Positions 37,948 to 51,468 are shown, counted from the first letter of the stretch. The stretch is DNA of 64,000 nucleotides from an uncultured bacterium (GCA_963923455.1 CAWULT010000004.1:16315-80314), one strand, 5' to 3'. Program-made: numbers and translations. The notes: generated by a model not told the origin, from the letters alone.

Positions 37948-38829
37948 CTACACGGCGGCCCAGTGGCCCTCGCCGACGGCCACCAGTGCCGCCGACGGGT
38001 CGAACGTCGACGGGTCGAGTGCGATGCGCTGCCGCCGGGCGTCGGGATCGAGCGAGGGAATCGCGCTCAGCAGCGCCCGCGTATACGGATGGACCGGTGC
38101 CGCGAAGATCGCGGCGGTGTCGCCGACCTCGACGATCCGGCCCAGGTACATCACGGCTACCCGGTGGCAGATGTGCTCGACGAGCCGCAGATCGTGCGCG
38201 ATGAAAAGGTAGGTGAGCTTGAGCCGCGCCTGCAGCTCCAGCAGCAGTGCCACCACCTGGGCCTGGATCGAGACGTCGAGCGCCGAGACGGCCTCGTCCG
38301 CGATCACGAGGGCGGGGTTGAGCGCGAGCGCCCGGGCGATGCCGATGCGCTGGCGCTGGCCGCCGCTGAACTCGTGCGGATAGCGGCGCAGGTGCGACGA
38401 CGTGAGGCCCACCAGCGAGAACAGCTCCTCGACCCGAACCCGACGCTCGTCGCGCGAGCCCAGGCCGTGAATGACGAGGGGCTCCTCCACGATGTCGCCG
38501 GCCCGCATCCGCGGGTTCAGCGAGGAATAGGGGTCCTGGAAGACGATCTGCATGTCACGCCGCGCCCGGCGCATGCGCTCCTTCGAAAAGCGCAGGACGT
38601 CCTCGCCGCGGAACCGCACCTCACCTGACGTCGGCTCGATCAGCCGCAGGATGCAGCGGCCCGTCGTGCTCTTGCCGCTGCCCGACTCGCCGACCAGCCC
38701 GAACATCTCGCCCTCGTCGATGACGAAGCTGACGTCGTCCACCGCCCGGACGACGGACGGAGCCCGGAACAGGCCCTGCCTGCGGACGAAGTGCTTCGTC
38801 AGGCCCCGCACCTCGAGAAGGGCGCTCAT
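37948..38829 (-). CDS. peptide/nickel (PepT)-family ABC transporter ATP-binding protein, OppF/DppF-like
   Basis: Walker [10 protein letters not shown], signature [15 protein letters not shown], Walker [12 protein letters not shown]-terminal oligopeptide-ATPase motif [16 protein letters not shown] overlap with the upstream gene. Confidence 0.9.
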   Translation of the reverse strand: MSALLEVRGLTKHFVRRQGLFRAPSVVRAVDDVSFVIDEGEMFGLVGESGSGKSTTGRCILRLIEPTSGEVRFRGEDVLRFSKERMRRARRDMQIVFQDPYSSLNPRMRAGDIVEEPLVIHGLGSRDERRVRVEELFSLVGLTSSHLRRYPHEFSGGQRQRIGIARALALNPALVIADEAVSALDVSIQAQVVALLLELQARLKLTYLFIAHDLRLVEHICHRVAVMYLGRIVEVGDTAAIFAAPVHPYTRALLSAIPSLDPDARRQRIALDPSTFDPSAALVAVGEGHWAAV

Positions 38830-39638
38830 GACGCCGCGCCGCTTCCGCCCGTGGCAGGCCGCATGCCCGGTACCGCGGCGAGCAGCGACCGCGTGTACGC
38901 ATGGGCCGGCTCACGCAGGATCTGCCTCACCGGACCCTGTTCGACGATGCGGCCGCGGTGCATCACCGCGACGCGTGACGCCATCTCGGCGATGACGCCG
39001 AAGTCATGGGTGATGAGCAGCAGCGCGATGCCGAAGCGGGCCTGCAGCTCGCGAAGCAGGTCCAGCACCTGCGCCTGGATGGTCACGTCGAGCGCCGTCG
39101 TGGGCTCGTCGGCGATCACCAGCGGCGGCCTGCACGCGATCGCAATCGCGATCATCACGCGCTGGCGCATGCCACCCGAGAGCTGGTGGGGATAGTCGCG
39201 TGCGCGGCGCGACGGGTCGGTGATCCCGACCGCCGCCAGCAACTCGACGGCCCGTGCACGGGCATCGGCCCGCGACTCGAGCCCATGGGCCGTCAGGGCC
39301 TCGGCGATCTGGTCGCCCACCCGCATCACCGGGTTGAGGGCCGTCATCGGCTCCTGGAAGATCAGCGAGATTCGCGATCCGCGGAGGTCCCGCATTTCCG
39401 GCTCGGACAGCGCGAGCAGGTCACGGCCCTCGAACAGCACCTGTCCGCCCACGATCTCACCAGGGGGCCGCAGCAGGCGCAGGATGGAGAACGCGGTGAC
39501 CGACTTGCCGCTGCCGGACTCGCCAACGAGGCCGAGCGTCTCGCCGCGGGCGATCTCGAAGCCGACACCGTCGACGGCCGGGTCGCCGCCGCGCCCGAAG
39601 CGGACCGTCAGGCCGCGCACCTCGAGCAGCGCCGTCAT
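38826..39638 (-). CDS. peptide/nickel (PepT)-family ABC transporter ATP-binding protein, OppD/DppD-like
   Basis: Walker [45 protein letters not shown]. The ATG overlaps the mutase stop (ATGA). The track ORF is 5-prime-extended to 41252 in the antisense-free frame. Confidence 0.9.
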   Translation of the reverse strand: MTALLEVRGLTVRFGRGGDPAVDGVGFEIARGETLGLVGESGSGKSVTAFSILRLLRPPGEIVGGQVLFEGRDLLALSEPEMRDLRGSRISLIFQEPMTALNPVMRVGDQIAEALTAHGLESRADARARAVELLAAVGITDPSRRARDYPHQLSGGMRQRVMIAIAIACRPPLVIADEPTTALDVTIQAQVLDLLRELQARFGIALLLITHDFGVIAEMASRVAVMHRGRIVEQGPVRQILREPAHAYTRSLLAAVPGMRPATGGSGAAS

Positions 39639-41206
39639 CCGAGATCCGCCGGGTCGCGGTGCTCCCCGAACACCCCGCGGAGCGCGTCGGCGACCTCGCC
39701 GACGGTGGCGTGCCGCTCGACCGCGGTGATGATCGGCGGCACCAGGTTGTCGCCGCCCCGCGCGGCCCGCGTGACCGCGTCGAGGGCGACCCGCCACTCG
39801 TGCTCGCTGCGACTGGCGCGGACGGCCCGGACGCGGGCCACCTGCTCCCGCTCGACCGCCGGGTCGACGCGGAAGACGTCGACGTGCGGCGGGGCGTCGT
39901 CGGCGAACCGGTTGACGCCGACCACCGTCGCCTCGCCGGCGTCGATCGCCTGCTGCGCCCGGTACGCGGACTCCTGGATCTGCCGCTGGATGAGGCCCGC
40001 GTCGATGGCGGCCAGCGTGCCGCCCGCCGCGTCGATGCGCGCCAGGAGTTCCAGGGCCTCGCGCTCGATCCGGTCGGTCAGCGCCTCGACGGCGTAGGAC
40101 CCGGCGACGGGGTCGACGGTGTTCGCGACGCCGCTCTCGTGCAGCAGGATCTGCTGGGTCCGCAGCGCGATGGTGGCGCTCTCCTCGGTCGGCAGGGCCA
40201 GCGCTTCGTCGCGGCCGTTGCAGTGCAGCGACTGCGTGCCGCCCAGCACGGCGGCCAGCGCCTGCAGCGCCACGCGGACGATGTTGTTGTCCGTCTGCCG
40301 GGCCGTCAGCGTGCTGCCGGCCGTCTGCGTGTGGAACCGCAGCTGCTGGGCCCGTGGGTTGGTGGCGCCGAACCGGTCGCGCATCAGGCGCGCCCACAGC
40401 CGACGCGCCGCCCGGAACTTGGCGATCTCCTCCAGGAAGTCGTTGTGGGCGTTGAAGAAGAAGGAGAGCCGCTCCCCGAAGCGGTCGACGTCGAGTCCGG
40501 CCGCCTGGCACGCCTCGACGTAGGCGATTGCGTTGGCGAAGGTGAACGCCACTTCCTGCACCGCCGTCGCGCCGGCCTCGCGGATGTGGTACCCGCTGAT
40601 GGAGATGGTGTTCCACTGCGGCACCTCGCGCTCGCAGAACGCGATGATGTCGGCGACGACCCGCAGCGAGGGCCGGGGCGGGAAGATGTAGGTGCCCCTC
40701 GAGACGTACTCCTTCAGGATGTCGTTCTGCACGGTGCCGGCCAGGCGGCGGGCGTCGACGCCCTGCCGCCGGCCCACGGCGACGTACAGCGCGATCAGGA
40801 CGATCGCCGTCGCGTTGATCGTCATCGACGTCGACACCTCGGCGAGCGGGATGCCGTCGAAGAGCGCGGCCATGTCCTCGATCGAGTCGATGGCCACACC
40901 GACGCGGCCGACCTCGCCGGCCGCGAGCGCGTGGTCGGAGTCGTAGCCGATTTGCGTCGGCAGGTCGAAGGCGACGCTGAGGCCCGTCACGCCCTGTTCC
41001 AGCAGGTAGCGGTAGCGCCGGTTGGACTCGGCTGCCGAGGCGAAACCCGCGTACTGCCGCATCGTCCAGGGCCGCCCGCGGTACATCGTCGGCTGGATGC
41101 CGCGCGTGAACGGAAAGCGGCCGGGGAAGCCGATGTCGCGACCGGGTTCGGTGCCGGCCAGGTCGTCGCGCGTGAAGTACGCACGGGTGTCCGTCTGCGC
41201 GCTCAT
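39635..41206 (-). CDS. methylmalonyl-CoA mutase, catalytic (large/N-terminal) subunit without B12-binding domain
   Basis: [58 protein letters not shown] (Tyr/Arg positions of the MCM rather than ICM type), [12 protein letters not shown]. The protein ends before any DxHxxG cobalamin-binding domain. Confidence 0.92.
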   Translation of the reverse strand: MSAQTDTRAYFTRDDLAGTEPGRDIGFPGRFPFTRGIQPTMYRGRPWTMRQYAGFASAAESNRRYRYLLEQGVTGLSVAFDLPTQIGYDSDHALAAGEVGRVGVAIDSIEDMAALFDGIPLAEVSTSMTINATAIVLIALYVAVGRRQGVDARRLAGTVQNDILKEYVSRGTYIFPPRPSLRVVADIIAFCEREVPQWNTISISGYHIREAGATAVQEVAFTFANAIAYVEACQAAGLDVDRFGERLSFFFNAHNDFLEEIAKFRAARRLWARLMRDRFGATNPRAQQLRFHTQTAGSTLTARQTDNNIVRVALQALAAVLGGTQSLHCNGRDEALALPTEESATIALRTQQILLHESGVANTVDPVAGSYAVEALTDRIEREALELLARIDAAGGTLAAIDAGLIQRQIQESAYRAQQAIDAGEATVVGVNRFADDAPPHVDVFRVDPAVEREQVARVRAVRASRSEHEWRVALDAVTRAARGGDNLVPPIITAVERHATVGEVADALRGVFGEHRDPADLG

Positions 41207-41219
41207 GGAAGCGTCGGCG

Positions 41220-41225
41220 ATTGTA
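41220..41225 (-). promoter_or_regulatory. -10-like TACAAT, 13 nt upstream of the mutase ATG
   Basis: The minus strand reads GCGGTACAATCGCCGACGCTTCCATG. Confidence 0.4.
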
Positions 41226-41245
41226 CCGCACGGCATCCGCGCGGT

Positions 41246-41274
41246 TTGACACCCCTGATGGGGCTCTCTACAAT
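41246..41274 (+). promoter_or_regulatory. near-consensus sigma70-type promoter TTGACA-17 nt-TACAAT
   Basis: TTGACA at 41246-41251, a 17-nt spacer, and TACAAT at 41269-41274. It points toward the small ORF at 41414. Confidence 0.6.
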
Positions 41275-41413
41275 GCGCCAGCCTGCACCTGAGGCGTCCC
41301 CCTGCTCATGCACATCCTCGGCGCTCGTATCCGGCACGATCACCCGCGGGGCGCCGGCGTCCGCCGACCCATGCCCGGGGCCTCCGGCCGTCCGGTCCAG
41401 AAGAGGAGCTGCA

Positions 41414-41716
41414 ATGGATGACGTGGTGAACCAGTTCGCCCGCGAGCTGGCCGATGCGATCGCCGCGGCCGTTGCCGACAACCCGCAGGTCGAGGCCTGC
41501 CGGGCCCGCGCGCGCGAGGCGGGCTTCGACATGCGGGTGACGCTCGAGGCCGTGGTGGGGTTCGTCAACCGCAACGGCGGAGCGCCCGTCACCCGAGTCT
41601 CCACGCCGGCGCGCGTGCTGGTCGGTCGCCACCTGTTCGAGCTGACGGCGAACGATCGGCGATTCCTCCGGTCGCTGCGGATCGGGTGCGACCAGACCCG
41701 CGAAGCCGTCGAGTAG
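41414..41716 (+). CDS. hypothetical small protein (100 aa)
   Basis: ATG preceded by RBS AGAGGAG. GC3-rich codons. It is the 3-prime in-frame end of a 685-aa artefactual track ORF. A near-consensus promoter lies about 140 nt upstream. No family recognised. Confidence 0.5.
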   Translation: MDDVVNQFARELADAIAAAVADNPQVEACRARAREAGFDMRVTLEAVVGFVNRNGGAPVTRVSTPARVLVGRHLFELTANDRRFLRSLRIGCDQTREAVE

Positions 41717-41739
41717 CGCGGATCGCCCGGGCGGGTGTC

Positions 41740-41758
41740 CCGTGGGGCCGGCCCACGG
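41740..41758. terminator. 7-bp hairpin between convergent small ORF and gpmA
   Basis: CCGTGGG-gccgg-CCCACGG. No U-tract. Confidence 0.35.
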
Positions 41759-41767
41759 ACGGCCCGG

Positions 41768-45124
<3,357 letters not shown>

Positions 45125-45270
45125 CACGTGACCCCCGGGGACCGTCCGATGTCCGCCGAGGGGACCAACAGTGACGCACGAGCCATCGGCGGCCAGGCAC
45201 CGAATGTTAGCACCCGCCGCGGGAGCCGCCGGTCTGAGCATTTACGTGGTGGCGATGGGGTTTTGGGCGT

Positions 45271-45299
45271 TTGACTTCACGTGACATCGCGCCTATGAT
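45271..45299 (+). promoter_or_regulatory. sigma70-type promoter TTGACT-17 nt-TATGAT
   Basis: TTGACT at 45271-45276, a 17-nt spacer, and TATGAT at 45294-45299, about 70 nt upstream of ATG 45369, which has a good RBS. Confidence 0.55.
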
Positions 45300-45368
45300 C
45301 GGGCGATTCGGATAGTTATCCACCGTCCTTCCCCCGTGCTCGCCCGGGGTCGAACAGGAGAAGCACTG

Positions 45369-46475
45369 ATGTACATCCGTCGGGTTCTCGTCCTCAGCGC
45401 CGCCGCGGTGCTGGTGGCATCCGCGCTGCCGGCCCTGGCCCAGCGGAACAACAACGCGCCGAAGCGCAGTCAGGCGGAGCAGGCGGACATCGAGACCCTG
45501 GTGCGCCTGGTGGACACGTCCTTGACCAGCGAACCGGTCGTGACGGCCGGCGCGGCGGATGCGGCCCCGGCACTGGCGGCGAAGGAAGCGTCGACGGGCG
45601 ACATCAAGGTCGCGTGGGAGTCGAACCACTTCGTCAAGGGGCAGGATGGCAGCACCTACATCCCGTACACCCTGGCGGTGGACAAGAACGCCCTCGGCAA
45701 GAACGCCGCCTTCTACGTGAGGGTGCTGGATGCCGCCCAGGCGCAGGCGTTCGGCGCATCGATGGCCAGCGCCAACAAGGACGGCAAGCCCGCCGCGCGC
45801 CCGACCTTCGCGTGGGACAACATCAGCTTCATCGAGACGCCTGACGACGGCAAGCTGTCGCGGGCGATCCAGTTGAAGCCGGGCAAGTACGTCGCCTTCT
45901 TCGCGTTCAAGGAAAAGGGCAAGGACGAGAAGAAGAAGGAGAAGAACGCGCCGCCCGTGAAGACCGGGCTGCTCCGGCGGGAGATCGTGGTTCCCGAGTA
46001 CAACGCGGTCGACCTCGGTACGAGCAGCGTCATCCTGGCCAAGGCCGTGGAGCCGATGGCCAAGGCGCTCTCGCCGCAGGAGCAGGAGTCGAACCCCTAC
46101 GTGTTCGGACCGATGCGGATCGTGCCGCAGTTCGACGGCAAGTACTCGAAGGCCGGCGAGCTCAACGTGATCTTCTGGATCTACGGGGCGCGCGAGGCGA
46201 CCGGCGGGAAGCCGGACGTGACGGTCGATTTCGCGTTCCACCAGAAGCTGCCCGAGGGCGGCGAGAAGTACTTCAACCGGACGGCGCCGCAGGCGCTCAA
46301 CGGCGAAACGCTGCCGCCGGAGTTCAGCGTGGCGGCCGGACACCAGCTGCCGGGCAGTCTGGTGGTGCCGCTCGCGAGCTTCCCGGCCGGCGACTACCGG
46401 CTCGAGATCAAGGTGACCGACAAGCCTTCCGGCCGTACGGTCACGCAGAACGCCGCGTTCACGGTCACGCAGTAG
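45369..46475 (+). CDS. hypothetical secreted protein with Lys/Glu-rich insert
   Basis: RBS CAGGAGAA. Signal peptide (VLVLSAAAVLVASALPALAQ), beta-rich sequence, KEKGKDEKKKEKN low-complexity patch, and a C-terminal Ig-like segment (PAGDYRLEIKVTD). No family recognised. Confidence 0.7.
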   Translation: MYIRRVLVLSAAAVLVASALPALAQRNNNAPKRSQAEQADIETLVRLVDTSLTSEPVVTAGAADAAPALAAKEASTGDIKVAWESNHFVKGQDGSTYIPYTLAVDKNALGKNAAFYVRVLDAAQAQAFGASMASANKDGKPAARPTFAWDNISFIETPDDGKLSRAIQLKPGKYVAFFAFKEKGKDEKKKEKNAPPVKTGLLRREIVVPEYNAVDLGTSSVILAKAVEPMAKALSPQEQESNPYVFGPMRIVPQFDGKYSKAGELNVIFWIYGAREATGGKPDVTVDFAFHQKLPEGGEKYFNRTAPQALNGETLPPEFSVAAGHQLPGSLVVPLASFPAGDYRLEIKVTDKPSGRTVTQNAAFTVTQ

Positions 46476-46496
46476 CGCCGCGTCCCGAGTTCCCGA

Positions 46497-46525
46497 GGCG
46501 GAGGCCGCTGTCCGTGGCCTCCGCC
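46497..46525 (+). terminator. 10-bp intercistronic hairpin after the secreted-protein gene
   Basis: GGCGGAGGCC-gctgtccgt-GGCCTCCGCC lies 22 nt after stop 46475 and 38 nt before the OMP ATG. With no U-tract it could be an attenuator or mRNA stabiliser rather than a full stop. Confidence 0.4.
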
Positions 46526-46563
46526 CGTGCGGCCCACACGCGGGGATACGAAAGGGCAGGGTC

Positions 46564-48471
46564 ATGACAGGTAGCCCGTCGTCTCGCTGGCGCGTCCTCG
46601 CGGCCGCGGTGTGCCTGGCCAGCCCCTCCGTCGCCTTCGCTCAGCATCCGGGTTGGTCCCGGCCCGAGCCGGTCACCGAGGTCGCCGACGTGGCCCCCGG
46701 CGAGCTCGCCGGCGTGGTGCGAGACAGCGCCGGGCAGCCGCTGGCCGGGGTCGTCGTGTCCGCGATCGGGTCCACCACGGCGTTCGCCGTGTCGGATCGC
46801 GACGGGCGCTTTCTGCTGCGCGGGCTCCCGGCCGGGCCCTATCTGATTCGTGCGCATCTGCAGGGATACGTGCCCGCACGCGGCCGTCTGCAGCAGATCG
46901 CCGTAGGCACTCGCAGCACGGCACTGATCACCTTGACCCGTCAGGGAGATACGGGCGCCCCAGCGGTGCTCGAAGCCGGCGTTGGCGGGTCCGGGACGAC
47001 CGCCTCTGCGCCCCGAACGGCCGAGACGGAAGCGGAACACGATCACGGCGAGCTGGCTTGGCGCCTGCGGCATGCCCGTCGCAGCGTGCTGCGTGAGGCC
47101 ACGGCATCGGCGGCCGGGGCCGATGGCGCGCCCGGTGACGACGAGCCTTCGCTGTTCGGAGAGTCGGTCGGCAGCCTGGCCAGGGCCGTGGACACCTCCG
47201 CACGCCTGGCGACGGCGCTCTTCGCGGACCTCGAACTGCAGGGGCAGTTGAACCTCTTGACCTCGGCCTCGTTCGATCGGCCCGAGGAACTGTTCTCGTC
47301 CACGGCGGGCCTGCCACGCAGCGTCGCGTACCTGGCGCTCTCGGCACCGGCGGCCCGCGGGGAGTGGCGCGCGCGCGGCGCGATTACCCAGGGCGACCTC
47401 TCCTCCTGGCTCGTTGCGGGGACCTTCACGAGTCAGTCGAGCGGTGCGCACGCGTACGAGGCCGGTTTCTCCTACGGCATGCAGCGGTATTTCGGGGCCA
47501 ACGCCGAGGCGCTGGCGGCCCTGCGCGACGGCAGCCGCAACGCGGCCGCCGTGTACGCGTACGATACGTGGCGGCTGACGCCCCGTGTCAGGGTCGGCTT
47601 CGGAGGTGAGTACGCCAGCTACGACTACCTGCCGCAGGCCGCCCTTCTGAGTCCGCGGATCAGCGTGTCAGTGAAGCCCGTGGATGGCGACCCGCTGCTG
47701 CTGAGGGCGACCGTCGCGCACCGTGAGACCGCCCCGGGGGCCGTGGAGTTCCGTGTGCCGGACGGAGACGTGTGGGTGCCCCCGGAGCGGACCTTCTCCG
47801 CGGTGTCGGCTGGCGGCTTCCGGCCGGAGCGGCTGGACCACGTCGAGGTGGGCGCCGAGCGCCAGCTGTCGGCCACGACCGCGGTGGGCGTGCGGGTGTT
47901 CCGGCAGCGCGTGCAGGATCAGGCGGTGACCGTGTTCGGTTCGTCGATCGCCCAGTCCCCGTCCCAGACCGGTCACTACTACGTGGGTTCGGCAGGTGAC
48001 GTCGAGGCGCTTGGCTGGGGCGTGACGTTCACCCGTGAGGTCGCCGACGGCGTCCGCGCCTCGCTCGACTACACCCAGGCCGCGACGGAGTGGGTCGGCG
48101 CGTCCCTCGATCGGGCGGTCCTCGCGAGGTTCGCCGGGTCGGCCCTGCGGGCCGGCGAGCGGTTGCACGACCTGACGGCGTCGATCGAGAGCGTGGTGCC
48201 CGTGACGGCCACGCGGCTCTTCGTCGTCTACAAGCTGAACACCGCGTTCTCGAGTTCGGCCGATTCGGATCTGCCGGGCCCTGGGGCGCGGTTCAACGTG
48301 CAGATCAGCCAGTCGCTGCCGTTCCTGAAGTTCACGAGCGCCCGCTGGGAGGCGCTGGTCGCGGTCCGAAACGTCTTCACCGAGGACGTGTCGAACGCGT
48401 CGGTCTACGACGAACTGCTCGTCGTGCGGCCGCCGAAGCGGGTGCTGGGAGGCGTGACGGTCAAGTTCTGA
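46564..48471 (+). CDS. outer-membrane beta-barrel protein with N-terminal CarboxypepD_reg-like domain
   Basis: Signal peptide. CarboxypepD_reg pattern (GVVRDSAGQPLAGVVVSA......DGRFLLRGLPAGPYLIRAHLQGY). Alternating beta-strand sequence ending in ...GVTVKF (C-terminal Phe, an OMP signature). Confidence 0.75.
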   Translation: MTGSPSSRWRVLAAAVCLASPSVAFAQHPGWSRPEPVTEVADVAPGELAGVVRDSAGQPLAGVVVSAIGSTTAFAVSDRDGRFLLRGLPAGPYLIRAHLQGYVPARGRLQQIAVGTRSTALITLTRQGDTGAPAVLEAGVGGSGTTASAPRTAETEAEHDHGELAWRLRHARRSVLREATASAAGADGAPGDDEPSLFGESVGSLARAVDTSARLATALFADLELQGQLNLLTSASFDRPEELFSSTAGLPRSVAYLALSAPAARGEWRARGAITQGDLSSWLVAGTFTSQSSGAHAYEAGFSYGMQRYFGANAEALAALRDGSRNAAAVYAYDTWRLTPRVRVGFGGEYASYDYLPQAALLSPRISVSVKPVDGDPLLLRATVAHRETAPGAVEFRVPDGDVWVPPERTFSAVSAGGFRPERLDHVEVGAERQLSATTAVGVRVFRQRVQDQAVTVFGSSIAQSPSQTGHYYVGSAGDVEALGWGVTFTREVADGVRASLDYTQAATEWVGASLDRAVLARFAGSALRAGERLHDLTASIESVVPVTATRLFVVYKLNTAFSSSADSDLPGPGARFNVQISQSLPFLKFTSARWEALVAVRNVFTEDVSNASVYDELLVVRPPKRVLGGVTVKF

Positions 48472-48502
48472 GCCCGGCCCATCGCCTGGCGACGACATCG
48501 CG

Positions 48503-48527
48503 GGGGAGCGCAGGCTCCCCATTTTTT
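48503..48527 (+). terminator. canonical Rho-independent terminator
   Basis: GGGGAGC-gcag-GCTCCCC followed by ATTTTTT, about 30 nt after the OMP stop at 48471. Confidence 0.7.
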
Positions 48528-48555
48528 GCCGCGATTTTCCGCTCCATTCGATTGA

Positions 48556-51464
48556 ATGAACAGTTCCGGTTCTTGGATTCGAGCCCCGTTCGGCACTGCT
48601 GGCGTCATGCGGCCCGCCCTGCCCATCGTCGTCGTCTCCGTGCTGCTGTGCCTCGGTCTCGCGAACATCGCGTCGCGGCTCGCGTGGCGCGAGGTCGAGG
48701 ACGGCGTGCTGTGGGCGTCGCGCGCGGAGGGTGTCGTGGCGGCGGAGATCGCCGCAGGTTCGCCGGCCGCGGCCAGCGGGCTGGCCCGCGGAGACCTGCT
48801 GATCGCGATCGACGATCGACCCGTCGATGACCCGGCGGACGTCGTCGAGGCGCTGCACGCGGCCCGTGGCGCCGCGACGCTGCGCTACACCGTGCTGCGG
48901 CTCGGCTCGAGCGACGTGGTCGACGTCCGGCTCGCACCGGTGCCGGGCGGCGCCGGCATTCTGTATTTCGTGCTCGCGGCGGTGGGCACCTTCACGCTGC
49001 TCGTCGGCGGCGCCGTCCGGCTCCGCCGCCCGCGGGATCCCGCGACGCTGCACTTCCTCTGGCTGTGCGTCGCGTTCTTCGGCGTGTTCACGTTCTCCTT
49101 CAGCGGCCGCCTGGACCGCCTCGACTGGGTCTTCTACTGGGCCGACGTCGTGTCCATCCTGGTGCTGCCCCCGATGTTCCTCCACTTCACGGTGGTCTTT
49201 CCTGAGCGCCCGCGCTCGTGGATGGAGGGTGCGACCGGCCGGACGCTGATGGCGCTGGTCTACGTGCCGGCCGTGCTCCTGGGCGTCGCCCGGGTGGTGG
49301 CGGTCGCCACGAGCGAGCGTGATGCCAGCACGTTCGCGACGGCGACCGCGGCACTCGACCGCCTCGAGTTCCTGTATCTCGCGCTGTGTTTCGTCGGGGG
49401 GTTGATCACGCTGTCTCGCGCGCTGGCGCAGCTACGCACCATCACCGCGACGCGGCAACTCCGGTGGATCGCGTGGGGCACCGCTCTGGGCGCCGGCCCG
49501 TTCGCGATCGGGTACGCCTTTCCCTACGCCCTCGGGGTCGAGCCGTCGCTGCCGATGGAACTCTCGGCGATTCCGCTCAGCCTCATCCCACTCGCGTTCG
49601 CCTCCGCCATCGTTCGCTACCGGTTGATGGACATCGAGGTGATCGTCAAGCACGGCCTCGTGTACGCGGCGGCGCTGTCGTCCATTGTCGCGATCTACGT
49701 CGGCCTGCTGGAGCTGGTGCAGCGCGTCTTCACCCGGGGAGCGGACGGCAACGAGTGGGTGATCGCGTTCCTGGCCACGCTGGTGGCAGTCCTGCTGGCG
49801 CCGCCCGTCAAGGAGTTCGTGCAGACCGCCTTCGACCGCGCGTTCTATCGCGATCGCTATGACTATCGCCGGGCCCTCGTTGGCTTCGCCCGCGACCTCA
49901 GCGGCGACCTCGATCTCGACCGGCTCTCGGAGCGCCTCGTCTCGCGTGTCGTCGAGACGCTGCTCGTCGACCGGATGGCGCTGATGCTCGAGGACGGCAC
50001 CGGCCACGGCTTCCGGCCCGTGCGGGCGTCGGGCTTCGCCGACGACGGCGCCCCGGCGCTGCCGAAGGGGCTCGGCGTGGGTGGGCGCCTGGCCGCCGGG
50101 CACCTGGTGGCGCTCGACGACCCGATCGCGGCGACGCGCTTCGCGGCGGAGGAGATCGAGTTCTGGCGCGATCACGGCCTGTACTACTTCGTGCCGTGCG
50201 TGTCGGCCGAGGGGACGATCGCGGTGCTGGCGCTCGGGCGCAAGGGCACCGGCGAGCCGCTCAACAGCGAGGACGTGGCGCTGCTGGCGGCGGTGGCCGG
50301 CCAGGTGGCCACGGCGCTCGAGAACGCGCGCCTGTACCGCCAGCTGCACGACAAGGCCGTCGAACTCGACCGTCTGCGCGCGTTCAACGAGAACATCCTC
50401 GAGTCGCTCGACGACGGCCTGCTGGTGCTGGACCTCGACGACCGCGTCGTGCGCTGGAACACGGCGATCGAGCGTGTCTACGGCGTGCCCAGGGCCGACG
50501 CGATCGGCCGGCCGCTCGACGCGCTGTTCGATCCCGACTTCGTCGAGGCCGTGCGGGCGTCGCGCCGCGACACGCCGGACGGCGCCGTGCTGTCGCGCAT
50601 CCCGCTGCACGGCCGTGGCGCCCGCGCCGGCGTCCCGTTCACGGTGAACGCGGCGGTCGTGCCGCTTCGGTCGGACTCCGAGTCGGGCGTGGCGGCCGGC
50701 ACGATCGTGATCGTCGAGGACATCACGACACGCGTGCAGCTCGAGGAGCAGCTCCGGATCTCGGAGAAGATGGCCTCCATCGGCCTGCTCGCCGCCGGCG
50801 TCGCGCACGAGGTCAACACGCCGCTGACCGGCATCTCCAGCTTCACGCAGATGCTGCTCCAGAGCGCGGACCCGGACGATCCCCGCACGCGGCTCCTCGA
50901 GAAGATCGAGCGGCAGACGTTCCGTGCCGCCAAGATCGTCAATGGGCTGCTGAACCTGTCGCGTCCGTCCTCCGGGATGGCGGCCGAGCAGGCGCCGGTC
51001 GACGTCAATACGGTGATCGGTGACGTGCTCGGCCTGCTCGAGCACCAGTTCGGCACGCACCGCATCAAGGTGCGCCGTGAGCTGAGCGCGGAGCCGGCGC
51101 TCGTGCTGGGCCTCGAGCACCAGCTCCAGCAGGTCTTCCTGAACCTCTTCCTGAACGCCAAGGACGCGATGCCCAAGGGCGGCTGGCTGTCGGTCGTCAC
51201 CCGCGTCGATGCGGGACGTGTGAGCGCCGAGGTGGCCGACACGGGCTCTGGGATCCCCAACGAGTACCTCGCGCGGATCTACGATCCGTTCTTCACGACG
51301 AAGGCGATGGGCCAGGGCACCGGTCTCGGCCTGTCGATCACCTATGCGATCGTCCGCGAGCACGGCGGGTCGATCGAGTGCGACAGCACGGTCGGGCAAG
51401 GCACCCGGTTCACCCTGCTCCTGCCCGCGGTCGCGGCGGACATGGCCGCATCGGTGGCACGACG

Positions 51465-51468
<4 letters not shown>
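48556..51468 (+). CDS. sensor histidine kinase: PDZ - multi-TM - GAF - PAS - HisKA - HATPase
   Basis: TM1, then a PDZ-like module (GSPAAASGLARGDLLIAIDDRPV). About 7 hydrophobic helices, then a GAF-like region and a PAS-like region. H-box GVAHEVNTPL, N/G boxes (LNAKDAM, DTGSGI, GTGLGLS). An alternative ATG at 48607 is possible. Confidence 0.9.

Noticed and set aside
38826-41252. An 808-aa ORF that would fuse an Arg/Pro-rich N-terminal region to the OppD-like ATPase. Similar 5-prime extensions occur at 14066..16417, 20789..23134, 6574..7977, 29731..31584, 30507..31925 and 52960..54591.
   Set aside because: The extensions overlap well-supported genes in another frame, are compositionally junk, and have internal start codons that match homologue N-termini and ATGA/GTGA coupling or RBS/-10 context.
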